From: the human T2T-CHM13v2.0 reference genome, Homo sapiens
Assembly: GCF_009914755.1 (NCBI RefSeq)
Contig: NC_060935.1
Strand: one strand, 5' to 3'
DNA length: 64,000 nucleotides
Below the pieces are notes generated by a model. The model ran no database searches. It was not told where the DNA came from and saw only the letters and a program-made list of their open reading frames with translations. Shown here piece after piece: positions 34,442 to 53,175 of this stretch (position 1 is the stretch's first letter; each line of letters begins with the position of its first letter). A program made the translations under genes and the position numbers.

Positions 34442-36489
34442 TAAAATATGACTTATTTTAAAGTCATAGGCAGAGCAGGAGGCACCGCCCATGTCTAATG
34501 AGTGGTGTGACCACAGAGGGACAGCTTACAGTGGCTGTGGGGCTTTTCGTCATCATCTTAAAGCAGCCCTCAACTCTTTGAGGCCTTTCCTTGACATCCA
34601 TGAGGGGTTGTTTGCCAGTGGGCTCCCAGTCCCCAGCCCTCCAGCTTGGTCACACCATGCAGCCACATCAGGGCCACAGGAAAACTCCCTTTCCCCTGGC
34701 CATGTCCCTGCTGTCCTACAGCAGGACTCCAGCCCTCTGCAGGGTAGGGGGCACATGAGGAGGCTGCATCCTGCTCAACGTTGCCCGCCCTTTCCCCATG
34801 GGGAGAAGAGGGAGCTGTCTGATGATGGGGCTGGGAGGGGCCCTGAGCTTCCATGGCGTCTCCAGCCTCCCTCCATCCCCTCCCAAGGCAGTCGGCTCAC
34901 GGGGACAGGTCCTGCGGGAGGGGTGCTGAGTCCTGGGAGGCAGCACAAATCCCAGGGGACCTAGGCTGGAATCGGAGTCTTCATCACAGCTTTGCCAGAA
35001 ATACAGCAAGTAATAGACTCTAGGAGACTGCCAGGTGCTCAGAGCCGGAGACATGCCTGCAGATACCCGGCCCCATGCTGCCCCTGTGGTTACCTGGCCC
35101 GTCATGTGTCTCTGAGTGCTTGGTGACCCCAGCTTCTCCTCTTGGGGTTGGGGGAGAGGGGATGGGGCCTTGCCTCTCCCCAGAGACTGGCTGGGGTCAG
35201 GGGCCGACACCAGGTGCCCCTCCCACCTTGGTGGTGACTGGTCCTCCTGTGTCCTGGGAGGGCTGGGGTTTGGGGTGAGGAGGGTGGGGGTACAAGCAGA
35301 AACCCCCATAGCTGGTCTTAGCGGCTTCTTCCCACCTCAAGGTTGTGCTCAGAACCCCTGCTGTCTCCCTCCAGTGATAGGAGCACCCGAGACCATGCAG
35401 GGGGACGCTGCGGTGCTGGGATGCTGGGGAGAGGTGGCCCGGGGCGGGGCTATCGCTGAGCACAGAGGTGCCAGCCACCCCGTGAGGTGCTGGTCATCTC
35501 CCTCGGCTTACACCCTCAGCTCTGTGGTCTTTTGTTTGACTGGGGTGAAATGACAGCCTGAGGTTGTCCCCGCCTCAGGGGTGGGCATGGGGGTGGGGGG
35601 CTCAGTGGAGAGGAGGCCCCAGTCCCAGCACCTCAGGAAGCTGAGTCCTGCCCGTGGTCCAGTCTGAATCTCCTGCGGGTGGAGTCAAGCCTGGTTGGAG
35701 ATATAGGGCTCTTCCTCCTGTCCCTGTGCTCCATCCTAGCACCCAAGGCCCCGGGAAGGCAGACCATGGGTGGGAGGTGAGGTGGTGGTGGAGGGAGCCC
35801 CACCTGGGCCAGCATCATCAGGAGGACACCCTGAGTGGGGCAGACGGGGCATCACTGCCATGGCAGGTGGGGAGATGTGGGGAGGGGGACAGATGCTCTC
35901 CTACTCAGGATAGCTTGGGGGGGTCACCAACCCTCAGGCCCAGAGGGAGGCAGAGATGAGTTTTGGGAGGTCTTAAGTCTGTTGATGGTGGACCCCCTCC
36001 CAGGCACAAGTCCCGTCCACCCATGGACGGAGCTATCTCCGGGATCTACCAGCAAGCTCCAGCCCCAAAGCAACAGGTGGGGTTTCTCCAGCCTGTGGCC
36101 CACCAAGGGCCATGGTCCCTCTCCTATCTCACCTCCTGCATGGCTGAGGAGGACACGGGCCTCATGGGTGGGCCCCAGGGAGAGAGCATGGCAGGGAAGC
36201 GATGGACATAGAGGGAGAGGGGAGAGTGCAGGAAGGGGAGAGGCATGAAGAGATGGGGGACAGAGAAGGAAACAGGGAGGAGAACAGGGGGACAAGGGGT
36301 TAGAGCCACGGAGCTCAGCCAGACCCTGCTGCTGCCCCCTCTCTGCTGTGACCCTGGAGGAGGTCTCCCTGTGGGACCATGTGCCCCACTGGGGGCTCGG
36401 GAGGGAGGCAGAGCTCTGTAGGAAGGGTCGCCACAGTTGGGTTACAGGACTGTGGGGAGTAGAGGAGTTTGTTGCATCCTTGGTGAGCA

Positions 36490-36625
36490 GGAGGAAGAGG
36501 AGAGGGAGGAGAAGGAGGGGAGGAGGCGGGGGAGGACGATGGAAGAGAACAGGAGGGAGGAGGAGGAGGGGGAGGAGAAGGAGGGGAGGAGGCGGGGAAG
36601 GACGATGGAACAGAAGAGGAGGGAG
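36490..36625. repeat. Purine-rich ~66-bp tandem duplication
   Basis: ggaggagaaggaggggaggaggcgggg.aggacgatggaa occurs twice. Confidence 0.8.
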
Positions 36626-37091
36626 GCACAGCATTCCCCATCCCTGGGTGGTCCAGGAGTGGCTCTGTGTCCCGCCCAGACAGCCAATACTGAGAAGCCC
36701 TGAGGCTGAGCACCCAGGTGTGGCAGGGAGGAGAGGGCCTATCCCCGGCTGCCCCCATGACTCCCCTTGAGAGTCTGCACCTGCAGGGAACACTCTAGAT
36801 CATGGAGGAAGCAAGGCAGACAGGAGACAGAGCCACCGGGGGTGGGGGGTTGGGGAGCCATCACCCAAGCTATCGTCCTCTTCCAGACTCAGCCCAGGGC
36901 TGGCTGCGGACCAGGTGGTGCGGCCCGTCAGAGGGCGGAGGCTGCAGCCTGGAGAGCTCCCTGTTGATAGCATCTGCTGTTGCCCACGCCCCACCCCTGC
37001 CACCATCTGGCCAGCAAAAGAGCCCAGAAAATGCCGAGCGCCTGGGCCGGCCCCAGAGACCCACCCTGATCCAGCCACCTGCGCTACTCAC

Positions 37092-37380
37092 CGTTTGGGG
37101 CAGAGGACTGGCCGAGCCCTGCCTGCTCTGACCCTGGGCCTTGGATCTATCCTGGCCGCGGCCGAGGGCTCCAGTCCCCAGAGCCTCTGGGCGGCTCCTG
37201 TTCAGTGTCCACCAGCTCCTCCGAGTCACATGGCATCCAGCTGGAATGGGGCCGGTCAGGAAGGTGTCTCTCTGAGGACCCCTTCTCTTCCGCTCAGCTC
37301 TCGCCCAGGTGTGGACAGCAAGAGAAACCCTGAACCTCCCTGCAGCCTTCCAGGCAGGCCTGGCAGGCAGAGGAAACCAC
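37092..37380 (-). other. MRGPRE: Probable non-coding exon 1 of MRGPRE
   Basis: A consensus donor ACG|GTGAGT lies at 37092/37091, immediately downstream of a CpG-rich region. The TSS position is approximate. Confidence 0.6.
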
Positions 37381-37449
37381 GAGATCTCTGGGTGGAGCCC
37401 AGCCAAGCTGTGACTTCACTGGCACTCCTGGCTCAGAGACACCAAGCCC

Positions 37450-38320
37450 TGTAGGGCCCTTTAGGGACCACTTCTTTCCATCTGTGCCTCGGAGGGGCCG
37501 GCTGAGAGCCGGGCTACCGGCGGAACTTGTCCTTGCAGCAAAAATGTGTTTTTCTCTCCGCAGAGCACAGGCTGCCGGCCCCAGCTCTCCAGGCAGTGTG
37601 GGACCGCGGGGAGGAGCGGGGATGTGCGTGAGGCCGTCCCTCCTGCCTCGTTCGCAGGCACAGAGTAGATGGCCGGTGTCAAGAAGCTGCCGCGCGGTCC
37701 CCGGCCGAGGAGAATCAAACACATACAGCAGCGTCAGGCTCCGGGAGACCTTGTGGACTCAGTGATTTCAAGTCCCGTTTCAGACCGTGCCTTTCCTTCC
37801 AGTGCCCTGCCTTAAGGGAGATCGCAATTGACGTGCCAAGAGAAGGAAAACAAGGTCATTTTTTGGCCTCTGTTCCTCCCCGAGTCCAGGCCCTAGCAAC
37901 TCTTTTCTCATCTTTGTCTTTAGAAAAATCTCCGAGGTAGAGAAGAGTGCAGAAACAGCACGGATTTGCTCCGGAGCGTTTCCCAGTCTGCGCAGTCCGC
38001 CTGACCTCTCCTCTTGCGGACCAAGTGAGAGCAAGTTTCCCGCACGTGGCCTTTGACCTGTCACTACATCAGCAGGCATCCCCCAGGGCACCGGCATCCT
38101 CCATCCCCAAAACGGAGGGGCCGCACACAGGTCGTCTGGCGTCTGTGCAATGCTGGTGTCTGATGAATGTGTCGCGCTGGTGTCTGACGTCCATGCGGGG
38201 CTGGTATCTGACAGGCAGCAGTGCCGCTTGCTGAGTTGTGTCTCAGCTTCAAATCCTCCCTTCCTAAACCAGGATCCGAGCTGCCAGGTGCCCGAGGCTC
38301 TGTAAACCATGCCTGGGCTC
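37450..38320 (-). promoter_or_regulatory. MRGPRE: CpG-rich MRGPRE promoter region
   Basis: CpG density is raised (e.g. ccgcgg, gccgcgcgg, cgcacgtg) directly upstream of the putative exon 1. Confidence 0.55.
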
Positions 38321-38399
38321 TGCCACCGCTCTGGGAGGCCCTACCAGTGGGTGGTCACTCAAGGATGGCCCAGGGGTGTGGGGGAAGTGCTCCCAATCG

Positions 38400-39856
<1,457 letters not shown>

Positions 39857-40879
39857 TGCAGCAACTTTCTCCACCTTGTAGCAGCAGTGGACTTCTGCAG
39901 TTTTCCCAGCACTTGAAAAACCAGACCCATTGTTTCCTGTTGGAGACACTGGCCACTAACTGGCTGGGAGCCCCCTCAGGGGCCTGAATTACACTCTAGT
40001 CGTCCCCACTGGTCCTAAATTTCAATAGTTTTAACTTCCTTCCTTTGTTCCCCGTGCCCGGGGTGGCGGCTCTTTTTGCAGTTGTTTCTTCTCTAATACC
40101 TTAGTGTTCCCTTTGTACGTGTTTGGTTTTTCAGTCTCTAGTGAACAATTCTTTAAGATCATCCCTTCAAAATTATAGGTAGCTTCTGCCTACTGACTGT
40201 GTCCCTGCTGGTACTGAAAGGTCCTAGGGGAAACATGGTAATTTAGGCTTGGTTTGGTCATGTCCTTGGCCTTGACTGTCGTGATGAGTTTCTGGTCAGT
40301 GACACTGGTGATCCATGCCACTCTGTGGCTCATCATCAATCAAACAAGCACTTGTGATGGGTTATGTTGAAGTCAGTGCCTTGGGGGACCATTTGCCTAT
40401 TGGACTTGATCATCATAACATTCATGGGGACCAGGAGCACTGTGGCATGTGACAGGATTGGAGCTTCAAGAAAGAGGATGACGACTTCTACTTCTGGTTC
40501 TAAAGGGGCAATAGGGGCTGGAATCACCCTCCCATTATAAAAATCTAAAAAACCAAAACACGGTTTGTGAATTTAGACAACAGGCCGAGCAGGACTGTGG
40601 TCCCAAGAAAATGGAAGCTGATGGGCACGCCCTATGCTCACCCAAACTTTCTGTCTGGAGGTGGCTTCCGGACTGCAACACAGGCCAGAAGAGGCAAAGG
40701 GGCTCAGCAGGTTAAATGCCAAATCAGGAGAAGGTTGAAAACAACACAGGTAAGACTGGCAGTCAAGACAACAGCAAATGGACAAGCTGTAGAGAAAAGC
40801 AATGACATCAAAGGTGTTTTATTTAAGATGATTAATAAAATGGAATAACCTTGGATGGACTGATTAAGAAAACAAAAAG

Positions 40880-41670
<791 letters not shown>

Positions 41671-42103
41671 GATGAAGGATTTATAAGGTGTAACTGGGGT
41701 TTTGCTTTTTTTAAATGTGAGGGAATTTATATCAGTTGAATTGTTTGGACTTTTTCCTGCTTTTTCTTCCAGAACCTTTGTATAGATGAAGACTATGTCT
41801 CTGCATTTTTGTGCGTAAGGATGGCAAGATAGAGTGGTTTAAAAGATGCCAGTTTATGAGCTTCTTTTTTGGTCAGTCTTGGAAAACATAATTTTTTTTA
41901 GAGCAGGGTGGGGGGCATACAGTGAGAGAAGAGAATTTTTTGTCCTGCAAACTTTTGATTTTTTTCGTCTTGCAAAATACTAGCCCCCTCCCTTTTCCTC
42001 TACTGTATTGTTTCCAAAGAAGACTTCTGTCTTCCTCTTGAGCCTTTTCAAAAGCTTCCTAGAGTTCTCCCTCATCATTTAGCCATTGCGCTGATCTGCC
42101 AAT

Positions 42104-42706
42104 TATTGAGAAAAAGAGTCAAACTCTAAAATATTTGAAGAGATTCATTCTGAATCAATTATGAATAAACAATGGCCTGTGACAGCCCCAGGGGATCCTG
42201 AGAACATGTGCCCAGGTGTTTGGGGTGCAGCTTAGTTTTACAGATTTTAGAGGGACAGAAGACATCAATCAATACATGTAAGATGTACATTGGTTCAATC
42301 TGGAAAGGCGGGACAACTCCAACAGGGGCTTCCAGATCATAGGTGGATTCAAAGATTTTCTGACTGGTTAAAAGAGTTATTATCTAAAAGACCTGGAATC
42401 AATAGCAAGGGATACATGGCTTAAGATAAGGGGTAAAATACTTTGATTTCTATCAGGGCCTGCTATCTGACATTACAGCGGTATCTTATGGCTTATGGCT
42501 ACGAAGGGTCTGTTTTGTCAGCCTTAAGTTCTCGTTTTAATGTGAATGCTGGTCAGCTGTGCCTGAATTCCAAAGGCAGGAAGGTATGAGGCATGTCTGA
42601 CCACCCATTCTCATCATGGCCTGAACTAATGTTTCAAGTTTACTTTAGAATGAATGCCCTTCCATTCAGTTGGTTGGGGAACTTGGAATTTTATTTTTGG
42701 TTTATA
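42104..42706 (-). mobile_element. 3' LTR (MER4B/D/E-like)
   Basis: aagagtcaaactct..aaatatttgaagagatt...gacatcaatcaatacatgtaagatgtacattgg...ttttatttttggtttata. Confidence 0.85.
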
Positions 42707-44107
42707 TTCTCCTCCTCTGGCCAAGACTTGCCAGAGGCAACATCAATGGCCACCAAACTTTTATTTTGTCCCATAGCGTTACTGGGGTGTTTCGGCTGCC
42801 TGTCCTGGGTCCATTGTGACCCTCAGTGGGACCCCTATGGCCAAGGGGCTTAGAGTCAAAAGACTCACAGCCAATTTAAACATTCTAGGCCAGAAGGGAA
42901 TGGAGGTGGATGGGCACTCATCAACCCTTAAAATTCCACCAAACTGTTTGTATATGTATAAATATGTATACACACACACACACACACAAATACATACATA
43001 TGTATATATATAAATTTATGCAGATATATCTAATTGTATAAATCTCATAACTGGGAGTATTATACCCAAGAGGCTTTGTCATGAGGTGTCTTTATATATT
43101 CTCAGTAATTTTCTTTGAATTCTATGGAAAACAGTAAATTCTTTATGGTTGAGATGGATGAAAACAGGCCACATAATAACCCAGGAGGCAAAGTCCCTTT
43201 TTTTGCCACTAATTCAGGCATCTCTGCCCAACCTTGATTTGGAGGATCTGAATGAATTCTGTCTCCCCAAATTGGCCCTTACAATCTCACATGCCTGCCT
43301 CATTTGTGACAGTCGTGGGCCTAGAGGAAGAGTGCTGGTATAATTTTAGCAGCAGGTATTTGCAGTGAAAAACAGCTCGGGCCCAGTGAGATGCCAATGA
43401 GGGAGAGTTGCACCTCTATTTTTCAGAATACCATATTCTGGTTTCCTCGGAAGTAAAACAAAGAGAGATAAACAACATTAATAATTTGACAATCAAAAGA
43501 GAATGTGTGTGTCAGAAGAGAAAAAGGAATCTATTCCATTAAGGCACTGACTAAAAGCATCATGAAGAAAATGATAACCTGGCTCATCTTTAGAGGATTA
43601 TTATAGCCAAGAAATAATTCATGATTCAATCCACACTAACAAACAAAAGTCAGGGCTGGAATCTAGTAATGGGTGTAGTATAGTTTTCCTTTGAAAAAAT
43701 TTCCCTTTCTCTAGCCTTCCTTTTCTACTAAAGAGAAATTGTAGTAAGACCAATCTGTGTGCAAAACAAGTTTTAGGCTTATTATACTTCCCTGATTATA
43801 AAGTGCAGCAAGAACCAATTGGCCATACCGGCCCCTTTCAAGTTGACTTTGCTGGAACTTTACCTAAAAATATATTATTCCACTCAAAGCCTTGGTAAAA
43901 TAACCAGGGTCTCCAATTGTGCCCCATTTCAAAAGAAAACATTCTTACTAAACCCATGCAAACAACTAAATGCCATAAAATCAGAATATTCACTAATAGT
44001 GTCTGAATTTTGAAGAATTCAGATAGAGAGAAAGGTACACTTACTCATAAAAACTTACTTTACCCGATTGCTCTAAACTATAAATAACTCAAAAGAAGAA
44101 GCTTTCC

Positions 44108-44525
<418 letters not shown>

Positions 44526-45374
44526 TCATACGCTAAGCAGCTCTTGTCAGTCAGATGAGAGCCGTCAGGCACTGTAGAACCCAGCAGCTCCTCACATTGA
44601 GTCATTCCTAGGGGAAAAACAGGCTCCCTGCTCCTGAGTATCTCCTCCTTGCATTCCCCAGGCAGCCATATCCTATATAAACCATTTTTGTTTTACCATA
44701 CAACTCTTTTGGGCACCATTGATTCCATTAGCATGGGGTTAGCTTCACTTAACATCCCACAGCAAGCCAGAAAATGCCCCTCAGGTGGAAATTCTCGAGT
44801 CCAAAGTCCCAGCAGTTCATTGGGAAGTGCTCACAGCCTTTTGCCACAAGCCCCAATGAACACTCCACGGAAGACTATGAAGTGGAGGTTTTGTTCCAGC
44901 TCGCACTCCAGCTTCTACTCTATATTCTGTGGGCTCAGGCAATCTTACCAGTTCCCATTTAGCGTGTCCAATTAACATTTCTCCAAGGGCAGATTTACAT
45001 ACCTTCAGTTTTATAGTACTAGGTGGGAGAAACATTCCCCAGTCAGATATATAAATCAAAAAGTATCTGGAACAAATCTCAATCAATTTAGAAGTTTATT
45101 TTGCCAAGGTTAAGGACATACGCATGACAGCCTCAGGAGGTCTTGATGACATTTGGCCAAGGTGGTTGGGCTACAGCTTGGTTTTATACATTTTAGGGAG
45201 ACAAAGACATCAATCAATACATGTAAGATATACATTTGTTTGGTCTGGAAAGGCAGCACAACTCAAAGTGGGGACTTACAGGTGATAGGTAGATGCAAAG
45301 ATTGTCATATTGTCTATTGGTTGAAAGAGTTTATCTAAAGATCTGGATTCAATAGAAGGGACTGTCTGGGATAA

Positions 45375-45698
<324 letters not shown>

Positions 45699-45827
45699 AA
45701 GACCAAGGTTCTTATTATGCAGATGAAGCCTCCAGGTAGCAGGCTTCAGAGAGAATAGATTGTAAGTGTTTCGTATCAGCCTTAAGGGGTCTGTTTTTTC
45801 AATGTTAAGGTCTCTGGTTTTTTCTCC

Positions 45828-46175
<348 letters not shown>

Positions 46176-47729
46176 TAAAGGAGTCACAACTACTTTACAT
46201 AAACCTGTTTAAACATCTCAAAATTCATAATTCTATCATCCCTCACATTCTTATGTTCTGGTCCCAGGATTTTTTCTTCTCTACCCACAGACTATTTTAC
46301 TTTTTCTGGTGAAAAAAGATTTGGGTTCCCAGCAGGGGATTGAGCCAAGGGACTCAGGCCCTTTTGTGAATCTTAATCTCATTTTTCCTTAGCATTGCCC
46401 TAGGCAATGTCAGCTTCTCATTATCACCTTTGCCTTTTGATTTTTCTTAAATTTCTCTAATCTGGGGCAAATGCCAAACAATTGGTATGGGGCCCTTTAA
46501 TGTTGAGAGAGTGGTAGGAACTCCCTTTGGTCCATCCAAGCTTTGATAGTGTTGTAAAGATCTTTGTTTTAACTCCATGAATTTTCATTTTGTTTATTTC
46601 ATTTTTTAATAACCATTGGAAGATTTCCACTCTTCTGGGATCAGTCCCCTGACTCCCTTTTGCATTTCCCATTTTTTTTTTGTTAACTATCTTAATGTTT
46701 TATTAGCATCTGTGAGACCCATGAAGGATAGCAAATTTGAAAAGGCTTCTCAAGACATTGTTCGATTCTGCAGAAGTAATGTCACCTGGGGTGCCCATGG
46801 AGAAGGGGTCCCCTTAACCACAGCATCTACTGTGACCTGAGTAATAGGCACATTCAGTGGGTGAATATCTGGTCATCACAAAGTCAGTCCCATATGACTT
46901 GTTTAAGAAGCATATCAACTGCTTCCTCTGGGGTGATCCACTTGGTATTTTATAGGGAAAGTTGGGCAGTCCTCTCAGGGTAAACAGCCCTTACAGTGGT
47001 GTTTATCAGGTCCACTAGGCTGGTCGTTCTCTCAGCAACAACCTTCTGTGCATTTGGATCACATATACTCATCAGCAATTATCTAATAGTGAGCTGTGGG
47101 TCTACATCAACTCAAAGATGCTCTTTCATTCTGTAGCATTTGAAATTAAGGGTACTATCCTTAAAGCAGTTACTCTTACAGTCCATTTTAGTAAAGGTTT
47201 CTTAGGAAGCTGACGATACCAATCTACAAAATGGAACAATTCCTTTACATTATACCATCTAGTTTTGTTACTTGGTTTTGCCCTTCTCCAATGTTGACTC
47301 TCTTCTAGGTAACCACAGGTTCCGGAAGTACCTTTTGCTGCCCGTAATTTTTCCTTTTGCGGGTAGCTTTGAGGCTGGTGGCCTGAGCTGAGACAAACCC
47401 ACATCTGAGCTTGGTCCAGCCTTAAGGCCAAACCCAATACTCATTCACTGTCATTTTACCTATCACAGATAACAATAGCCATGGGATTGAATATTTTGCT
47501 TTTGCCTTATTAGTTTGCATTTCCTTATGCATCCAGTGAACCAACTTCCTGGAGTATGATCTATCTCTAAATTCCACTGGTGGCTTTCACCTTTAGTAAC
47601 TGAATGCAGTCCAGCTGTAGCTCCTTAAGATGGGTAACCATGTGGCCACCCAGGAGTCAAAGGTTTCTCATTCCCAACCCTTTCCTTTTCTTTTTATCCA
47701 TTTAGTTTTGTCTATATAATTTCTCCTTT

Positions 47730-48210
47730 TTAGGCAGAATGTGGGACTTGACTCTGGAGGTGGGGCTTGGTCACCAGACCAAACTGAGGACTAGCTAAAA
47801 CAGGGACAAGGCAAAAGCTGGTTTCCATAAGACATGCCTGCCACTGTGCCATGTCAGTTTACCATTGCGATGGCAACACCTGATGTTACCACCCCTTTTC
47901 ATGGCAATGACCTGATGACCCAGAAATTACCACCCTTTTCCTAGAAATTTCTACATAACTACTGCTTAACTCACATGTAATTAAAAGTGGGTATAAATGT
48001 GAGTGCAGAACTCTGAGCTCTGCTCTGGGCACACAGCCTATGGGGTGTCCCTGCTCTGCAAGGAGCAGCACCTTTTCTGCTGCTGTGCACTGCTGCTTCA
48101 ATCAAAGTTGCTGTCTAACACCACCAGCTCATCCTTGAATTCTTTCTAGGGTGAAGCCAAGAATGCTCCTGGGATAAGCCCCAGTTCTGGGGCTCACCTG
48201 CCATGCATCA
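47730..48210 (+). mobile_element. Nested ERV1 solo LTR (MER66-like)
   Basis: gggacttgactctggaggtgggg...ttaccattgcgatggcaacacc...tataaa...ccatgcatca with a 4-bp TSD CTTT. Confidence 0.75.
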
Positions 48211-49252
48211 CTTTATTTAAGGCAACCCTTAAATAGCCTCTAAACTAGGAAAAATTACATTTTCTTTAGGAAAAACCATATCCTCATGTTTTTATAAACC
48301 TCACCAAAAACACATCTTAGTCTTCTGCTGTTATACCTCTTGATAACCCAAATTCCCAGTGAAAAACCTAAGATTACTTAATTTAACATAATATGACTAC
48401 TGGAGAGAATTTTGAGATTAAATTTATCAAATTCATCTTACCAAAGACTACTAAAGTCATGTGAACTAAAAGGCATCTTAGCTAGTTTCTGTTAGTCTGA
48501 TAAATACTTACTTTTCTTTAATCCAACTGATTAGAGCTCTTTCATATAAGTTGGTAGTGAAATATCACTTTCACATGTCACATATACACATATAGGCACT
48601 CCAGGCACATAAACAGAGGCAGATCCTTTGTAATCACCCCTTAAGATTTTTTATTTACCTATTTTCAAAATTTCTCTCTAAATTTATCTAAATTACTTTA
48701 GACTACTACTAAAAAAAAAGTTACAAGAGCCAACAAAAGTTGAAGAGGAGTTACCAACCCAGGCGTTCTCAAAGGGAGAAAGAGCTGAAGCAGTGGGATA
48801 CAGTGGAAGTTGAACTTCTGAGACATCAATCTGAAGAATTTCAAAAAGACAGTTTATAGAATGTAAAAATGAAAAACTTGCAGTCTCATTAGGAGTAAAT
48901 CAATATTTTAAGAAAATCTTGTTCTAACCAATTCTTTAGTTTTATTATTAGTGTATTTTTAATATCAAAGTCCAATTTCTAGAAAGACTATAATAATTTC
49001 CTTTTAATTATGGCCAACTCAATAACAGAACATTTAAAAAAATAAATTCATTTTTTTATGAGCCTTATTATGACTTATACAAACCCTTCGTGACATGCTT
49101 GAACTTTCTGGTTTGTACTACACACAGCTCTTTCTTAAACAATCACTCATTTTATTTCAGGACAAAAATTTACCATACAAGATTTTTTCTCATGCAAAAT
49201 TATTCTTCTTTAAATCTTTCTTAACAAAAAATACTTCTTCATATTTATAACT

Positions 49253-49452
49253 TTTTTCTTTTGAGACAGAATCTCACTCTGTCACCTAGGCTGTAGTGCA
49301 GTGGCACAATCTCGGCTCACTGCAACCTCCACCTCCCAGATTAAAGTGATTTTCATGCCTCAGCCTCCCAAGTAGCTGGGATTACAGGTGCCTGGCTAAT
49401 TTTTTTTGTATTATATTTTTTGTATAGCCACCATGCCTGGCTAATTTTTTTT

Positions 49453-49502
<50 letters not shown>

Positions 49503-49575
49503 TTTTAGTAGGAGGGTTCTACCATGTTGGCCAGGCTGGTCTAAAACTCCTGGATTTAAGCCATCCACCCACCTA
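49253..49575 (-). mobile_element. Rearranged/truncated Alu with a (TAT)n expansion in the linker
   Basis: Duplicated gcctggctaattttttttgta and about 17 TAT units; the 5' end is missing. Confidence 0.85.
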
Positions 49576-50381
49576 CAAAGATAATTACACAAAGATAATT
49601 ATGTTTGAGGCTGGGTTTATAGTTTTATAACCTTCATGCCCAATCTTGACACCTTATAATACCTAGCAGAAATAAATATAGGACTACTAGACCAATAAAT
49701 CTAAATGATAATGTATATCAGTAATTCTGAAGACATTTCTAATTTTATTTTACCAATAATGTCAAAGTCAGCTTATTTATTAAATATTTTACTTAAGTCA
49801 TGTGAACTTGAAAAGCATTTGGGTTTATTTACTTAATTTATGAGTACTCCTTAACTTTAAGCCAATTTGTTACCTTATGGCCACAACACATAACAAAATA
49901 CATGTACATACATATAAACACACACATACACACTCATACAAAGATCCTCTAACTTTTACTTCAGAACTCTAACCATGAGATATCAATACAAACTTATCAG
50001 TTTACCAAATAAAAACAAAAACAAAAAACAAACATGATTGGATCCAAACAGTGGTTTTTATCTTAGTAGAAAAGTAACAGCAGATTTAAAGCAGGCAGAA
50101 AGTAAAATAGAGAAATAGAGACCTTAGGAACTCTTAGTTGCAGCTCAACCTTTGGGGGTCTGAATTTTTCCTTGATGTACTTGTGCATCAGTTTAAAATG
50201 TGCAAAACAGACCATAATATGTAACCAGTGGGAGTACTAGAAAACCTGGCATGCTCTCAAAATTTTCCACTTACACAAACACTTGCAAGTAAAAGCAAGC
50301 ACCATAAAACCAAATGGAATGCCCAAAAGGGGGTTGTTTTCCTTGTCTTTCCTCATTCTTAGATGAGAAGACCCTTTAAAA

Positions 50382-50898
50382 TAGGGGTCCCCAAACCCTG
50401 GGCCACAGACCATGGCCTGTTAGGAACCAGGCCATACCACAGAAGGTGAGTGGTGGGCAAGTGAGCGGAGCTTCATCTGTATTTACAACCACTCCCCATT
50501 GCTCACATTACTGCCCGAGCACTGCCTCCTGTCAGATCAGCAATGACATTAAATTCTCATAGGAGCTCGAACCCTATTGTCAACTGTGCATATGAGGGAT
50601 CTAGGTTGCATGTTCCTTATGAGAATCTGATGCCTGATGATCTGTCACTGTCTCCCACCACTCCCAGACAGGACCTTCTAGTTGCAGGAAAACAAGCTCA
50701 GGGCTCCCACTGGGTCTACATTATGGGTGAGTTGTATAATTATTTCATTATATATTACAATGTAATAATACTAGAAATAAAGTACACAATAAATGTAATG
50801 CACTTGAATAATCTTGAAACCATCCCCCCTCCCTGGTCCATGGAAAAATCGTCTTCCATGAAACCAGTCCCTGGTGACAAAAAAGTTGGGGACCACAG
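50382..50898. mobile_element. MER1A (hAT-Charlie) DNA transposon
   Basis: TIRs taggggtccccaa / ttggggaccacag and an 8-bp TSD ctttaaaa/ctttagaa. Confidence 0.88.
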
Positions 50899-51290
50899 CT
50901 TTAGAATGCACCTCTGAACTAGAATTAGGATCCTAAACAAAACCAAAACGTGGTGCCTGAAAGGGGGTTGTTCCCCTTGTCTTTAGAAGAAGGCAATGGA
51001 GAATACTCTTTAGAATGTACCTCTGAACCAAAATTAGGATCCTAAACAACAACTTCCTTGGATAAAATAACAAAAATAAAAACAAAAAAACACCAGCTCA
51101 GAATAAACCAAGGACCATCAAGCAAATGGGAGGTCCAGGGCTCAGGAGGACTAACCAGTTCCACTGGAGGAGAAGTTCGAGATTGGGAGAGATTTCAATG
51201 GGCCCCTGCTGGTACCTTAGCTCTGGGTTCAGACAACTCCTCTGGGATTCTGAGTCGTCTCTGAGACCCCACGGGTAGGGTGCCAATTAC

Positions 51291-52052
<762 letters not shown>

Positions 52053-52870
52053 CAGTGTATATTTTTTCAGCATTTTCATACTTAACAGTGGAAGTGCTAG
52101 TGGTGGTTTTAGATAAAGCTTAGGCTCATCGCTAGCTTGCTGTTTTCTTCCACACAGATTTTCCTGTCATGCCTTGCTGTTGACAAAGGCCAGGAGCCCA
52201 GAGGAGAGAGTGCTCCAGGACTCAGTGCTTGTCCTTCTACTCACATATACTTTGAAGTCTGGATGTTTGCCGTCTTCTAGTTACAGTGGGTGGGGTGGGC
52301 TCAGTAAGGTTTTATTTGTTCTCTATTCTTTATTTTTTGGAGGATTTGTTAAGAATTTCAGGTTTATGCTGCCTCCATGACCTCAGCTACCCCAAATTCT
52401 TTCTGATGTAATATTTATTATTTTCTTTTTCTGGGTGTCTTCCTTTGTTATTACTTTGTTATTCTTTTTTAGTTTTTTAGTTGAAAATGTGGTTCATTTG
52501 TTTTATTCTTTCATTTTTTTTGCTTTTTAAAAACTGATGTAAATATTAAAAGTGATAAGAGTTTGAGCTATGTTAAACACACTCCATACATTCTCACATG
52601 AAGTGCTTTCATTACCATTACTTTTTAGAAATTCTGAAATTTTGGTTTGCATTTCCCCTTTCGCCCAAGAGTTGTTTAATAGAGTCTTAAATTTTCCATG
52701 GGAAGAACCCTGCTCTGTTTCCATTTATTACATTTATTATTAATTTCTAGCTCTATTGTCTCACAACTATGTATAAGGCTGTTTAGCTATAATTTTACAG
52801 GATCATCAGCAGAGTTTTGATGATATGCTGTTTTCACTTCATGTCTTGACTTTAAAATCTACCATACCCA

Positions 52871-53175
52871 GGCTGGGCGTGGTGGCTCACGCCTGTAATC
52901 CCAGCACTTTGGGAGGCCGAGGAGGGTGGATCACGAGGTCAGGAGATTGAGACCATCCTGGTTAACACGGTGAAACCCTGTCTCCACTAAAAATACAAAA
53001 AATTAGCCAGGCGTGGTGGCGGGTGCCTGTAGTCCCAGCTACTCAGGAGGCTGAGGCAGGAGAATGGGGTGAACCCAGGAGGCAGAGCTTGCAGTGAGCC
53101 GAGATCGCACCACTGCACTCTGGCCTGGGTGAAAGAGCGAGACGCCGTCTCAAAAAAAAAAAAACAAAAAAAAAA
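52871..53175 (+). mobile_element. AluY
   Basis: AluY diagnostics (ggttaacacggtg, gagcttgcagtg); TSD aaa(t)ctacc(a/t)taccca. Confidence 0.93.
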